Source: Thalassobaculaceae bacterium (lineage in GTDB: Bacteria > Pseudomonadota > Alphaproteobacteria > Thalassobaculales > Thalassobaculaceae). From it: a DNA stretch of 64,000 nt. Below, one piece after another: positions 37,385 through 46,130 of the stretch. Made by a program: the position numbers and the translations under genes. Positions within the stretch are counted from its first letter, which is position 1, and each line of letters opens with the position of its first letter. Where the stretch lies: contig OZ245843.1 of NCBI GenBank assembly GCA_965228875.1, positions 3,702,616 through 3,766,615 of the forward strand, read 5' to 3'. The notes beneath the pieces are model-generated. The model made no database searches. It was not told the origin of the DNA and was given only the letters and a program-made list of their open reading frames with translations.

Positions 37385-38041
37385 ATGCCGCTGTCCGTGG
37401 TCATCGCCGCCAACGGCGACCCGGATCAGCTCCGTCGCTGTCTCGGATCCCTCGCCGGGGCCGAGCGGCGGGGCCTGGACCTGGAGGTGATCGTGGTCGA
37501 CCGGGAGGGCGACGACGCCCTCGCCGCCGTCGCCGGGGAACATGGCGCGCGCCTCATCCGGGAGCGGGGCAGCCGGGGCGCGCGCTTCGCCGCGGGAGCC
37601 CGGGCGGCGGCCACCGACTGGCTGCTCCTGCTGCGCGCCGAGACGATGCTGGCGCGCGGCTGGGACGTCACGGCGATCGTCTTCGCCGCCGAGGAGCGCA
37701 ACCGTGAGCGCGGCGGCGTGTTTCCGCTCGTCGTGGAGGACGACCCCCGCGCCACCCGGCGGATCCGCTTCCGCAACCGGTGGATGGGTCTTCCGTCGGG
37801 TGCCCAGGGGCTGGTCATCCGGCGGCGGTTCCTGGTGCACCTGGGCGGTTTTCCGGACCTGGAACGCGGCGAGGACCTGGTACTGGCGCGCGAACTCGGC
37901 CTGGTCCGGATGGTGGTGTTCGACGTCGCCGCCCGGGTGCGCGCCGAGGACTGGCCGCGCGCCGCAGTTCTCGGCGCGCTGCGGATCGTCCTGTTCCGAT
38001 TGAGGGTTCCGCCACGCTGGCTGCAGCGGCTCGGAGACTGA
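37385..38041 (+). CDS. GT2 family glycosyltransferase (TIGR04283-like), degenerate
   Basis: LSVVI..., EVIVVD, RG....GA, QGLVI, GGFP and ED motifs; DxD region altered. Confidence 0.75.
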   Translation: MPLSVVIAANGDPDQLRRCLGSLAGAERRGLDLEVIVVDREGDDALAAVAGEHGARLIRERGSRGARFAAGARAAATDWLLLLRAETMLARGWDVTAIVFAAEERNRERGGVFPLVVEDDPRATRRIRFRNRWMGLPSGAQGLVIRRRFLVHLGGFPDLERGEDLVLARELGLVRMVVFDVAARVRAEDWPRAAVLGALRIVLFRLRVPPRWLQRLGD

Positions 38042-38053
38042 GCCGATCGAGCT

Positions 38054-38659
38054 CTAGGTCTTCACCTTCTCCCGGGCCAGCTCGTGCTCCCGCAGGCGCG
38101 GCATGATCTCGACGAAATTGCAGGGTCGGAAGCGGAAGTCGAGCTGATAGGCGAAGATCTCGTCCCAGGCGTCGCGGCAGGCCCCCGTGGAGCCCGGCAC
38201 CGCAAACAGATAGGTCCCGCGCGCCACGCCCGCGGTCGCCCGGCTCTGCATCGCAGACGTGCCGATCTTCTGAAAGCTGATCCAGCGGAAGGCCTCGCCG
38301 AACCCCTCGATACGCTTCTCGTAGACCCGCTCGAAGGCCTCCGGGGTCACGTCGCGGCCGGTGACGCCGGTACCGCCGGTGGCGATCACCACATCGACCC
38401 CGTCATCGCCGATCCATGCCGTCAGCCGGTCGACGATGGCCTGCTGGTCGTCAGGGACGATCGCCCGGTCGGCCAGGACGTGGCCGGCGCCGGTCAGACG
38501 CTCGACCAGGGTATCGCCGGACCTGTCCGTCTCGGGCGTGCGGGTGTCGGAAACCGTGAGGACCGCGATGTTCACGGCGATGAAGGGGCGGCTCGTGTCG
38601 ATCCGTGCCGCCGGCGCACCACCGGGAATGGACGGGCTACTGCTGGCCGAAGCTGGCAT
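38054..38659 (-). CDS. moaB: molybdenum cofactor biosynthesis protein B
   Basis: VLTVSDTR, TGGTGVTGRDVTPEA, PGSTGAC and RPCNFVE motifs. Confidence 0.95.
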   Translation of the reverse strand: MPASASSSPSIPGGAPAARIDTSRPFIAVNIAVLTVSDTRTPETDRSGDTLVERLTGAGHVLADRAIVPDDQQAIVDRLTAWIGDDGVDVVIATGGTGVTGRDVTPEAFERVYEKRIEGFGEAFRWISFQKIGTSAMQSRATAGVARGTYLFAVPGSTGACRDAWDEIFAYQLDFRFRPCNFVEIMPRLREHELAREKVKT

Positions 38660-40505
38660 TGCGGATCTTGAACCCCGTCTCGTCGTCGATGCCCCTGTAA
38701 ACCGCCCAGTCGCCGGCGGCCACACGGTCGAGGGACGGCGCCCCCTGGCCGAGACGATGCCGGTAGATCCAGACGTTCGACAGGACCCGTTCGATGAACT
38801 CCCGGGTCTCGCGCGACGGGATCGACTCGATGAACAACAGCGGGTCATCCTTGAAATCGACCGTCCGCCGCCACTTGCCGAGGTTGCCCGGACCGGCGTT
38901 GTAGGCGACCAGCAGCCGGAACAGGTCGCCGTCGACCCGATCCATCTCCAGCAGATGCGAGACGTAGCGCTGGCCGAGCTGCAGGTTCAGCGCCGGATCG
39001 TAGAGCTCGTGACGGTCGTCCAGTTCGTCGTCGGAATCCATGTAGCTGGCCGTGCGCGGCATCAGCTGCATCAGACCGCGCGCCCCGCGACCCGACCGGG
39101 CCCGCGGGTCGAAGCCGGACTCCTGTCGGATGATCCCGTAGATCAGCGCCCGGTCGATGGCGAACCCGTCCGCCGGCGCCCAGCTCGGCACCGGGTACAG
39201 GGCGGCATGGTAGATCCGACCGGTCGAGACCCGAATGATCCCCGCGAGCCGGATCGCCAGACCGGGCATGTTGTGGCGCGCAGCGATGGTCATCAGCGGC
39301 TCGCGCAGCGACCGGTCCAGACGCGGGAACAGCTTGCGCCACTCCCGCTCGGCGCGAATGCTCTCGCCGACCTGCATCAGGGCGACCGCCCGGCGGGCGC
39401 CGACCATGGACAGCAGGCGCTGGGCCTTGCGGTCGCTGATCTCCGGCAGCGACCAGTCGAACGGCACCTCGACACCAAGCGCACGGCGACCGAGCAGGCC
39501 GTAGAAGGTCAGCGGATACTGCGCCGCCCGAGCCAGCCAGCGGGTCGAATCCGCGGGTTTGCGCAGTTTGAGGGCGGCCCGGGCCGCCCAGTAGGCGCCG
39601 GCGGACCGCTGCGCCCGCGACGCGTTGTCGGCCATGGCGAGCGCCGAGAAATGCCGCTCCGCCTCCTCCACCTTGCCGAGCCGCCAGGAGGCGAGGCCGG
39701 CGGTCCAGTAGACCGATGGGACCTCCGCCCCGGCCTCGTCCGCGCTCTTGGCGGCGAGACGCAGAGCCTCGGCATCCTTGCCGAAGACGAAGTACCCCTT
39801 TGCAATACGGCCCCGCTGTTCGGCGAACTCCACCGGATCGAGCAGCTTTCGGGTCGCCTTGGCGTCCAGTTTGCGCAGCGCCCCCGACGGCCAGCCCTTG
39901 CGGATCATCCGCCGGATTTCCCGCTTCACCTGCTTCACCGCCGCCAGGTCGGCGTTCGATCGCTTGCGCGGGGAGACATAGAAATGGACGTCGCGCACCG
40001 CGTCCGCGCCGTTGCCGCCGAGATAGCCACGCTCGGGCGTCCGCGGCGCCTCGGCGGAGGCCGGTTTCCGGCGCATGGCGAGACGGTGGATCCGGCTCGC
40101 GTCCGGGTGGTCGGCATAGTGATCCAGCCAGCCGCGCAGTTCCTTCCAGCTCGACCTGTAGGCGGTCGGGTGGAGATAGCGTTGCGCCTGTACGTGGCCG
40201 AGGAGGATCTTGTCCTTCACCCGCGCAATCAGGGCGTCGGCCGCCTTCCAGCGTCCCGCTTCCTGCTCGGCGAAGATCTCGCGGTACAGCTCGACATCGC
40301 CCTGGGTCAGGACCCGGGGCAGCGGCTGTGCCGCCTCCAGCCGCGACCCGTCGAGCGCCGCCGGCGGGAGAAGTGCCGTCTCCTGCGCCTGGGCGCCGGC
40401 GGTCGCGATGCAGGCCATCGCGATGCCTGTCAGCGCCGCCCGCAGGCGTTTGAACCGGAGCCGAACGGAATTCGGCGCAATATGGCGGGATTGTGGCGGG
40501 AGCAT
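38637..40505 (-). CDS. soluble lytic transglycosylase (Slt-like)
   Basis: RQESGF, GLMQLMP, AYNAG and IESIP..ETR motifs; signal-peptide-like N-terminus; start uncertain. Confidence 0.92.
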   Translation of the reverse strand: MLPPQSRHIAPNSVRLRFKRLRAALTGIAMACIATAGAQAQETALLPPAALDGSRLEAAQPLPRVLTQGDVELYREIFAEQEAGRWKAADALIARVKDKILLGHVQAQRYLHPTAYRSSWKELRGWLDHYADHPDASRIHRLAMRRKPASAEAPRTPERGYLGGNGADAVRDVHFYVSPRKRSNADLAAVKQVKREIRRMIRKGWPSGALRKLDAKATRKLLDPVEFAEQRGRIAKGYFVFGKDAEALRLAAKSADEAGAEVPSVYWTAGLASWRLGKVEEAERHFSALAMADNASRAQRSAGAYWAARAALKLRKPADSTRWLARAAQYPLTFYGLLGRRALGVEVPFDWSLPEISDRKAQRLLSMVGARRAVALMQVGESIRAEREWRKLFPRLDRSLREPLMTIAARHNMPGLAIRLAGIIRVSTGRIYHAALYPVPSWAPADGFAIDRALIYGIIRQESGFDPRARSGRGARGLMQLMPRTASYMDSDDELDDRHELYDPALNLQLGQRYVSHLLEMDRVDGDLFRLLVAYNAGPGNLGKWRRTVDFKDDPLLFIESIPSRETREFIERVLSNVWIYRHRLGQGAPSLDRVAAGDWAVYRGIDDETGFKIRNASFGQQ

Positions 40506-40570
40506 GCTTTCCAGTTAGACGGATTCGCGAGGTGCGGCAAGGTGGCTCGCCGACAATGCGCGTTCATTCC

Positions 40571-40579
40571 TGTGGATAA
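40571..40579. promoter_or_regulatory. consensus DnaA box upstream of the lytic transglycosylase
   Basis: TGTGGATAA (reverse complement TTATCCACA) in an AT-rich intergenic region. Confidence 0.55.
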
Positions 40580-40683
40580 GTCGCCCGCTCGGGACACAGT
40601 CCAAGGAAAACGAATGATTTGGTTAATATACTGCAGTTTCTGATAATTTCGTAACAATATCGAGCCGCATCACGGACCGGTAA

Positions 40684-41607
40684 TTATCCCGCCTTGACGA
40701 TGTCGTCGAGGCGGCGGCGCAGCGCCAGCAAGTCCTTCCACGCGCTGGACTTTTGTCCGGGCGAGCGCAGCAGGTAGGCGGGATGATAGGTGGCGAGGCC
40801 GGGGATCGCCCCCCCGCCGCCGGGCCTCTGCCAGTCGATCCAGCTTCCCCGCAGCCGCGTGATGCCCTCCTTTCGGCCCATCAGCGACTTGGCCGACGTG
40901 CCGCCGGCGAACATCAGGACCTTCGGCGCCGCCAGCTCGATGTGGCGCTCGACGAAGGGCATGCAGGTGGCGATCTCCGCCGGGGTCGGCTGCCGGTTGC
41001 CCGGCGGTCTCCAGGGCAGAATGTTGGTGATGTAGACGGTCTGCGACCGGGAGAGGCCGATACTCGCGAGCATCCGGTCGAGCAGCTGGCCGCTGACACC
41101 CACGAACGGCTTTCCCTGGCGGTCCTCGTCGGCACCGGGCGCCTCGCCGACCACCATCACGTCGGCCCCGGCGACCCCGTCGGAGAACACGGTGCTCGTT
41201 GCGGTGATCTTGAGCGCGCACCCCTCGAAGGCTTCGATGACGGCCTTGAGATCCTCCAGCGTGCCGGCCGCGCGCGCGGCGCTTCTGGCGGCCTCGGCCG
41301 GTCGATCCAGTTCGGCCGGCGCGGCGCGCGGCACCGCCGCGGGCGGTCGCGGCTGGGATGCGGGCGGCGGCGCCGAAGCCGCCGGGGCGCTCCCCTGGGG
41401 GCTCTTCCGGACGCTTGCGGTCCCCGACTGCTGTGCTCTCTGCTGCGCTCCCTGCTGGGTTGGCGGGGGTGCCGACCGGCTGTCCTGCGGCCGCAGCCGG
41501 TCGACCGGACCGGCGAGGGTCGCCTCGTCGGCCCCGGCATCCACGTACCAGGCCAGCAGGGCTCTGGCGGCCGCCTTGACCTCCGCCGTGACCTCCGCCG
41601 TCGTCAC
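40684..41607 (-). CDS. uracil-DNA glycosylase family 4
   Basis: [23 protein letters not shown] and HPAYLLR motifs; GTG start after GGAGG. Confidence 0.93.
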   Translation of the reverse strand: MTTAEVTAEVKAAARALLAWYVDAGADEATLAGPVDRLRPQDSRSAPPPTQQGAQQRAQQSGTASVRKSPQGSAPAASAPPPASQPRPPAAVPRAAPAELDRPAEAARSAARAAGTLEDLKAVIEAFEGCALKITATSTVFSDGVAGADVMVVGEAPGADEDRQGKPFVGVSGQLLDRMLASIGLSRSQTVYITNILPWRPPGNRQPTPAEIATCMPFVERHIELAAPKVLMFAGGTSAKSLMGRKEGITRLRGSWIDWQRPGGGGAIPGLATYHPAYLLRSPGQKSSAWKDLLALRRRLDDIVKAG

Positions 41608-41778
41608 GCCACGACCTCCGTCCTGGTCGGGGCCGGGACAGGAGCCGGGATGAGGGAAGGGATAGGGGCTGGCGCCCCTGGTTTCCTGAACATCCGTGAT
41701 ATATGACAGGTTCAAGGGCCGGCGACCACCGCACGGCACCAGTCAAAATGCGCCATGGCCTCGAAGCGGGAGCACGGT

Positions 41779-43419
41779 ATGGAACGCGAGTCGATGGAAT
41801 GCGATGTCGTTATTGTCGGTGGCGGGCCGTCCGGCCTGTCGGCGGCGATCCGACTGAAGCAGCTCTGTATCGAGAACGATGTCGATCTCTCGGTGGTCGT
41901 GCTGGAGAAGGGGGCCGAGGTCGGCGCCCATATCCTGTCCGGCGCGGTGATCGAGACCCGCGCCCTCGACGAGCTTATTCCCGACTGGAAGGACAAGGGC
42001 GCGCCGCTGAACACGGCCGCGACCGAGGACCAGTTCCTGTTCCTGACCAAGGGGTCGTCGATCCGCATGCCGACGCCGCCGACGATGAACAATCACGGCA
42101 ACTACATCGTCAGCCTGGGCAACGTCGCGCGCTGGCTCGGCGAGCAGGCTGAGGCGCTCGGCGTCGAGATCTACCCGGGCTTCGCCGCCGCCGAGGTGCT
42201 GTATCACGAGGACGGCAGCGTCAAGGGCGTGGCCACCGGCGACATGGGAATCGGCAAGGACGGCGAGAAGACCGCCAACTATCAGCCGGGGATGGAGCTG
42301 CACGCCAAGGTCACGCTGTTCGCGGAGGGCTGCCGCGGCTCGCTGACGAAGTCGCTGTTCGAGCGGTTCGACCTGCGCAAGGACTGCGATCCGCAAACCT
42401 ATGCCATTGGCATCAAGGAACTGTGGGAGGTCGAGCCGGAGAAGCATCACCAGGGCCGGATCGTCCACACCATCGGCTGGCCGCTGGGCGGCGACACCTA
42501 TGGCGGCTCGTTCCTCTATCATCTGGAGGACAATCAGGTGGCGGTGGGCTTCGTCATCGGCCTGGACTACCGCAACCCGCACCTGTCGCCGTTCGAGGAG
42601 TTCCAGCGGTTCAAGCAGCACCCCTCGATTCGCCCGATCTTCGAGGGCGGGCGTCGGATCGCCTATGGTGCGCGGGCGTTGAACGAGGGCGGTCTGCAGT
42701 CGATCCCCAAGCTCACGTTCCCCGGTGGCGCGCTCATCGGCTGCGCCGCCGGCTTCCTGAACGTGCCGAAGATCAAGGGCAGCCACAACGCCATGAAGTC
42801 CGGGATGTGCGCGGCCGAGGCGATCTTCGAGTCCCTCAAAGGGGGCAACGCGCCCCAGGGCATCGAGCCGGCCGCCTATCCGGAGATGCTGAAGAAGACC
42901 TGGGTGTGGGAGGAGCTGCACAAGGTCCGCAACATCCGCCCGGCGTTCCGCGCCGGCCTGCTCGCGGGCCTCGCCTACTCCGCCCTCGACACCTATCTGC
43001 TTCGCGGCAAGGCGCCCTGGACCCTGCATCACCATGCCGATCACGAGAGTCTGGTGCCGGCGGCCCACGCGATGCCGATCTCCTATCCCAAGCCGGACGG
43101 CAAGATCAGCTTCGACCGTCTCTCCTCGGTATTCCTGTCGAATACCAACCATGAGGAGAATCAGCCGGCGCACCTGACGCTGAAGGACGCGTCCGTGCCG
43201 GTGGAGCACAATCTCAGGCTCTACGACGCCCCGGAACAACGCTATTGTCCGGCCGGCGTTTATGAGATCGTACGCGACGACGACGGCGGGAACCCGCGGC
43301 TGCAGATCAACGCGCAGAACTGCGTTCACTGCAAGACCTGCGACATCAAGGATCCCAGCCAGAACATCCACTGGGTGGTGCCGGAGGGAGGGGGAGGTCC
43401 GGTCTACCCGAACATGTGA
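41779..43419 (+). CDS. electron transfer flavoprotein-ubiquinone oxidoreductase
   Basis: GGGPSG, HILSGA, CPAGVYE and [13 protein letters not shown] motifs. Confidence 0.97.
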   Translation: MERESMECDVVIVGGGPSGLSAAIRLKQLCIENDVDLSVVVLEKGAEVGAHILSGAVIETRALDELIPDWKDKGAPLNTAATEDQFLFLTKGSSIRMPTPPTMNNHGNYIVSLGNVARWLGEQAEALGVEIYPGFAAAEVLYHEDGSVKGVATGDMGIGKDGEKTANYQPGMELHAKVTLFAEGCRGSLTKSLFERFDLRKDCDPQTYAIGIKELWEVEPEKHHQGRIVHTIGWPLGGDTYGGSFLYHLEDNQVAVGFVIGLDYRNPHLSPFEEFQRFKQHPSIRPIFEGGRRIAYGARALNEGGLQSIPKLTFPGGALIGCAAGFLNVPKIKGSHNAMKSGMCAAEAIFESLKGGNAPQGIEPAAYPEMLKKTWVWEELHKVRNIRPAFRAGLLAGLAYSALDTYLLRGKAPWTLHHHADHESLVPAAHAMPISYPKPDGKISFDRLSSVFLSNTNHEENQPAHLTLKDASVPVEHNLRLYDAPEQRYCPAGVYEIVRDDDGGNPRLQINAQNCVHCKTCDIKDPSQNIHWVVPEGGGGPVYPNM

Positions 43420-43429
43420 GGCAGAGCCT

Positions 43430-45244
43430 TTGCGCCAAGCCGCCCCGCGTCCCGCATCCGCCGCCGGTTTCCGGTCCCGCTTCCGGTCCGGCCCGCTGCG
43501 CCGCCTCCGCACCCTGGTCCCGACACTCGTCGTCGGTGGCGGGCTGGCGGCGTGCGCGGCGACGGGTCCCGACACCGCCGCTCCGCCGCTGCCGCCGGTC
43601 AGCGCCGACGCCATGTCGCCGTCCGGCGCGTATCTGGCCGGCCGCCATGCCGACCGGGTGCGCGATGTCGGCTCGGCCAGCCGGTTCATGGACCGGGTGC
43701 TGTCCAGCGGCGATATCGGCATCGCCCTGAAACGCCGCGCCTTCCTCCTGCGCCTCGAGGACGGTCGCTATGATGCCGCGGCCGAACTGGCGCCCGTGGT
43801 GGTCGATACGCTGGACGCGAATGCGCCTGTCGCCAACATGTTCCTCGCGACGGAGGCGGCACGGATCGGCGATTTCGACCGGGCCGCCGCGCTGATCGGT
43901 CAGCTCCCCGACAACCGCATGAACCGCATCCTGCGCCCGCTGCTCGACGGCTGGATTGCGCTCGGGCGCGGCGACCGTGCGGCCGCCGAACGGGAGGTCG
44001 ACGGCGTGCTCGACCTGGACGGTTTCGCCGTCCTGCATGCCCTGCACGCGGCCCTGATCGCGGACGTGTCCGGCGAGACCGAGGCGGCCGCGGAGCGCTA
44101 CGACAGGGCGGTCTCGGCGATGGCAGATCCGCCGCTTCGCATCCGGCTGATGGCCGCCGAGTTCCTGGCCCGCACCGGTCGGCTGGGCGACGCGGTGGCG
44201 ACCGCCGTCGTCGATGATCGCGGCGCCGCCGACCCCCAGGACGTCGCCCGCTACCTCCGCCATGTGGCCGAGACCCGGTCGGGACGGCACCCGAGCGTAT
44301 CCGACGGCCTGGCCCAGGCGTTCTTCGACCTCGGCAGCGCGCTGCAGCGCGACCGGCGGTCCGAGCTCGGCATGGTGTTCGCTAGGCTGGCCCTGCGACT
44401 GGATCCGGATTTCGACCTCGCGACCCTGCTCGTCGCGGAGATCCAGGACGACAGGGGGCAGCACGCGGCGGCGCTGTCGCTGTACGACGCGGTACCGGAC
44501 TCCTCGGCCTACCGGCTGATGGCGGAGCTGCGCGCCGTGAGCAGTCTGGAGGATCTCGACCGCATCGACGAGGCGGTGGCGCGGCTGAACGCGCTGGCCG
44601 CCGACCGGCCGACCCTGACCGATCCGCTCGTCCGCCTCGGGGACCTGTACCGGGCCCGCGAGGACTGGCGGGCATCCGTCGCCGCCTACGACCGGGCGTT
44701 CGACAGGATCCCGGATACCGACACCGCCCCCTGGTCGCTCCACTATTCGCGAGGCATTGCCCTGGAGCGCAGCGCCGCCTGGGACCGGGCCGAGGCGGAT
44801 TTCCTGAGGGCGCTGGAGATCCGACCGGAGCAGCCCTACGTGCTGAACTATCTCGGCTACACCTGGATCGATCAGGGCCGGCACCTGCCCCGGGCGACCC
44901 GCATGATCGAGCAGGCCGTCGCCCTGCGCCCCAATGACGGCTACATCGTCGACAGCCTGGGCTGGGCCATGTACCGCCAGGAGCGTTTCCCCGAGGCGGT
45001 GGAGCACCTGGAACGCGCGGTGGAGCTTCGGCCGACCGATCCGACCATCAACGATCACCTGGGCGACGCCTACTGGCGTGTCGGCCGGCGCCAGGAGGCG
45101 CGGTTCCAATGGCGCCGGGCGTTGAGCTTCGGCCCCGAGGCCGAGTTGGCGGCGACGATCGAGCGAAAGCTCCAGGCGGGTCTGCCGGCGCTGGAGTCCC
45201 CGACCGTGAAGACGGCGGGCGCGGAGACGGATGCCGAGAGCTGA
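43430..45244 (+). CDS. TPR repeat protein, probable lipoprotein
   Basis: LAAC lipobox; TPR motifs VLNYLGY, IVDSLGW and INDHLGDAYW; upstream of ispE; start uncertain. Confidence 0.88.
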   Translation: MRQAAPRPASAAGFRSRFRSGPLRRLRTLVPTLVVGGGLAACAATGPDTAAPPLPPVSADAMSPSGAYLAGRHADRVRDVGSASRFMDRVLSSGDIGIALKRRAFLLRLEDGRYDAAAELAPVVVDTLDANAPVANMFLATEAARIGDFDRAAALIGQLPDNRMNRILRPLLDGWIALGRGDRAAAEREVDGVLDLDGFAVLHALHAALIADVSGETEAAAERYDRAVSAMADPPLRIRLMAAEFLARTGRLGDAVATAVVDDRGAADPQDVARYLRHVAETRSGRHPSVSDGLAQAFFDLGSALQRDRRSELGMVFARLALRLDPDFDLATLLVAEIQDDRGQHAAALSLYDAVPDSSAYRLMAELRAVSSLEDLDRIDEAVARLNALAADRPTLTDPLVRLGDLYRAREDWRASVAAYDRAFDRIPDTDTAPWSLHYSRGIALERSAAWDRAEADFLRALEIRPEQPYVLNYLGYTWIDQGRHLPRATRMIEQAVALRPNDGYIVDSLGWAMYRQERFPEAVEHLERAVELRPTDPTINDHLGDAYWRVGRRQEARFQWRRALSFGPEAELAATIERKLQAGLPALESPTVKTAGAETDAES

Positions 45245-46130
45245 GCCGGCCGCCGCGCCGCGCCAGCGCTTCGCCGCCGCCAAGATCAATCTGGCGCTCC
45301 ACGTCGTGGGCCGGCGGGACGACGGCTACCACCGTCTCGATATGCTGGTCGCCTTCGCCGATATCGGCGACCGGGTCGTCTGGACACCGGGCGGCGACTG
45401 CTGCCGGCTTGAGGTCGAGGACGGGTTGAACCGGCCCGAGCCGGTTCCCGTCGGAACGGCGAACCTCGCCTGGCGGGCCCTGAGCCTGGCGGGATCGCGG
45501 GGCGCCCCCCTGTCCGGCACTCTCCGCGTCGTCAAGGACCTTCCCTCGGGCGCCGGCATCGGCGGCGGATCGAGCGACGCGGCGGCCACGCTGCGCGCGG
45601 TCCTCGGCGACGCCGCGGCGAACCGAGCGGATCTCGCCGCCGCGTCGCTGGCCCTCGGCGCCGATCTGCCGGTCTGCCTTGCCGGCACTCCGTCCCGGGT
45701 CCGCGGCATCGGCGAGGCGATCGAGCCGATCGCGCTGACCGGCCCCTTGCCGGTCGTGCTCGTCTGGCCCGGCGCCGGCCTGTCGACCCCGGCGGTGTTC
45801 GGGGCCCGCCACGGTGGATTCGGCGCGCCGATTCCCGACACCGCCATCGCGAGCCTTCCGGAGGATCCGATCGCCGCCATCGCCGGCCTGCGGAACGACC
45901 TCGCCGAGGCGGCGGTCTCGCTCCTGCCGTCGGTAGACCGGGCGGCCGCCGCACTCGAAGCCTGTCGGGGATGCCGGCTCAGCCGCATGTCCGGAAGCGG
46001 GTCGACGGTGGTCGGCTATTTCGACAGCGCCGACGATGCCCAGGCGGCGGCCGCATCCATCGCGGCGGCAAACCCCGCATGGTGGGTCCGTCGCGGCTCG
46101 ATCCTGGCAGGTGGCCCGGCGGTCAGTTGA
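45231..46130 (+). CDS. ispE: 4-(CDP)-2-C-methyl-D-erythritol kinase
   Basis: AKINLALHV, GIGGGSSDAA, LGAD and MSGSGS motifs. Confidence 0.95.
   Translation: MPRAEPAAAPRQRFAAAKINLALHVVGRRDDGYHRLDMLVAFADIGDRVVWTPGGDCCRLEVEDGLNRPEPVPVGTANLAWRALSLAGSRGAPLSGTLRVVKDLPSGAGIGGGSSDAAATLRAVLGDAAANRADLAAASLALGADLPVCLAGTPSRVRGIGEAIEPIALTGPLPVVLVWPGAGLSTPAVFGARHGGFGAPIPDTAIASLPEDPIAAIAGLRNDLAEAAVSLLPSVDRAAAALEACRGCRLSRMSGSGSTVVGYFDSADDAQAAAASIAAANPAWWVRRGSILAGGPAVS

Noticed and set aside
40560..40670. Replication origin
   Set aside because: Only one DnaA box and no origin-associated gene context.
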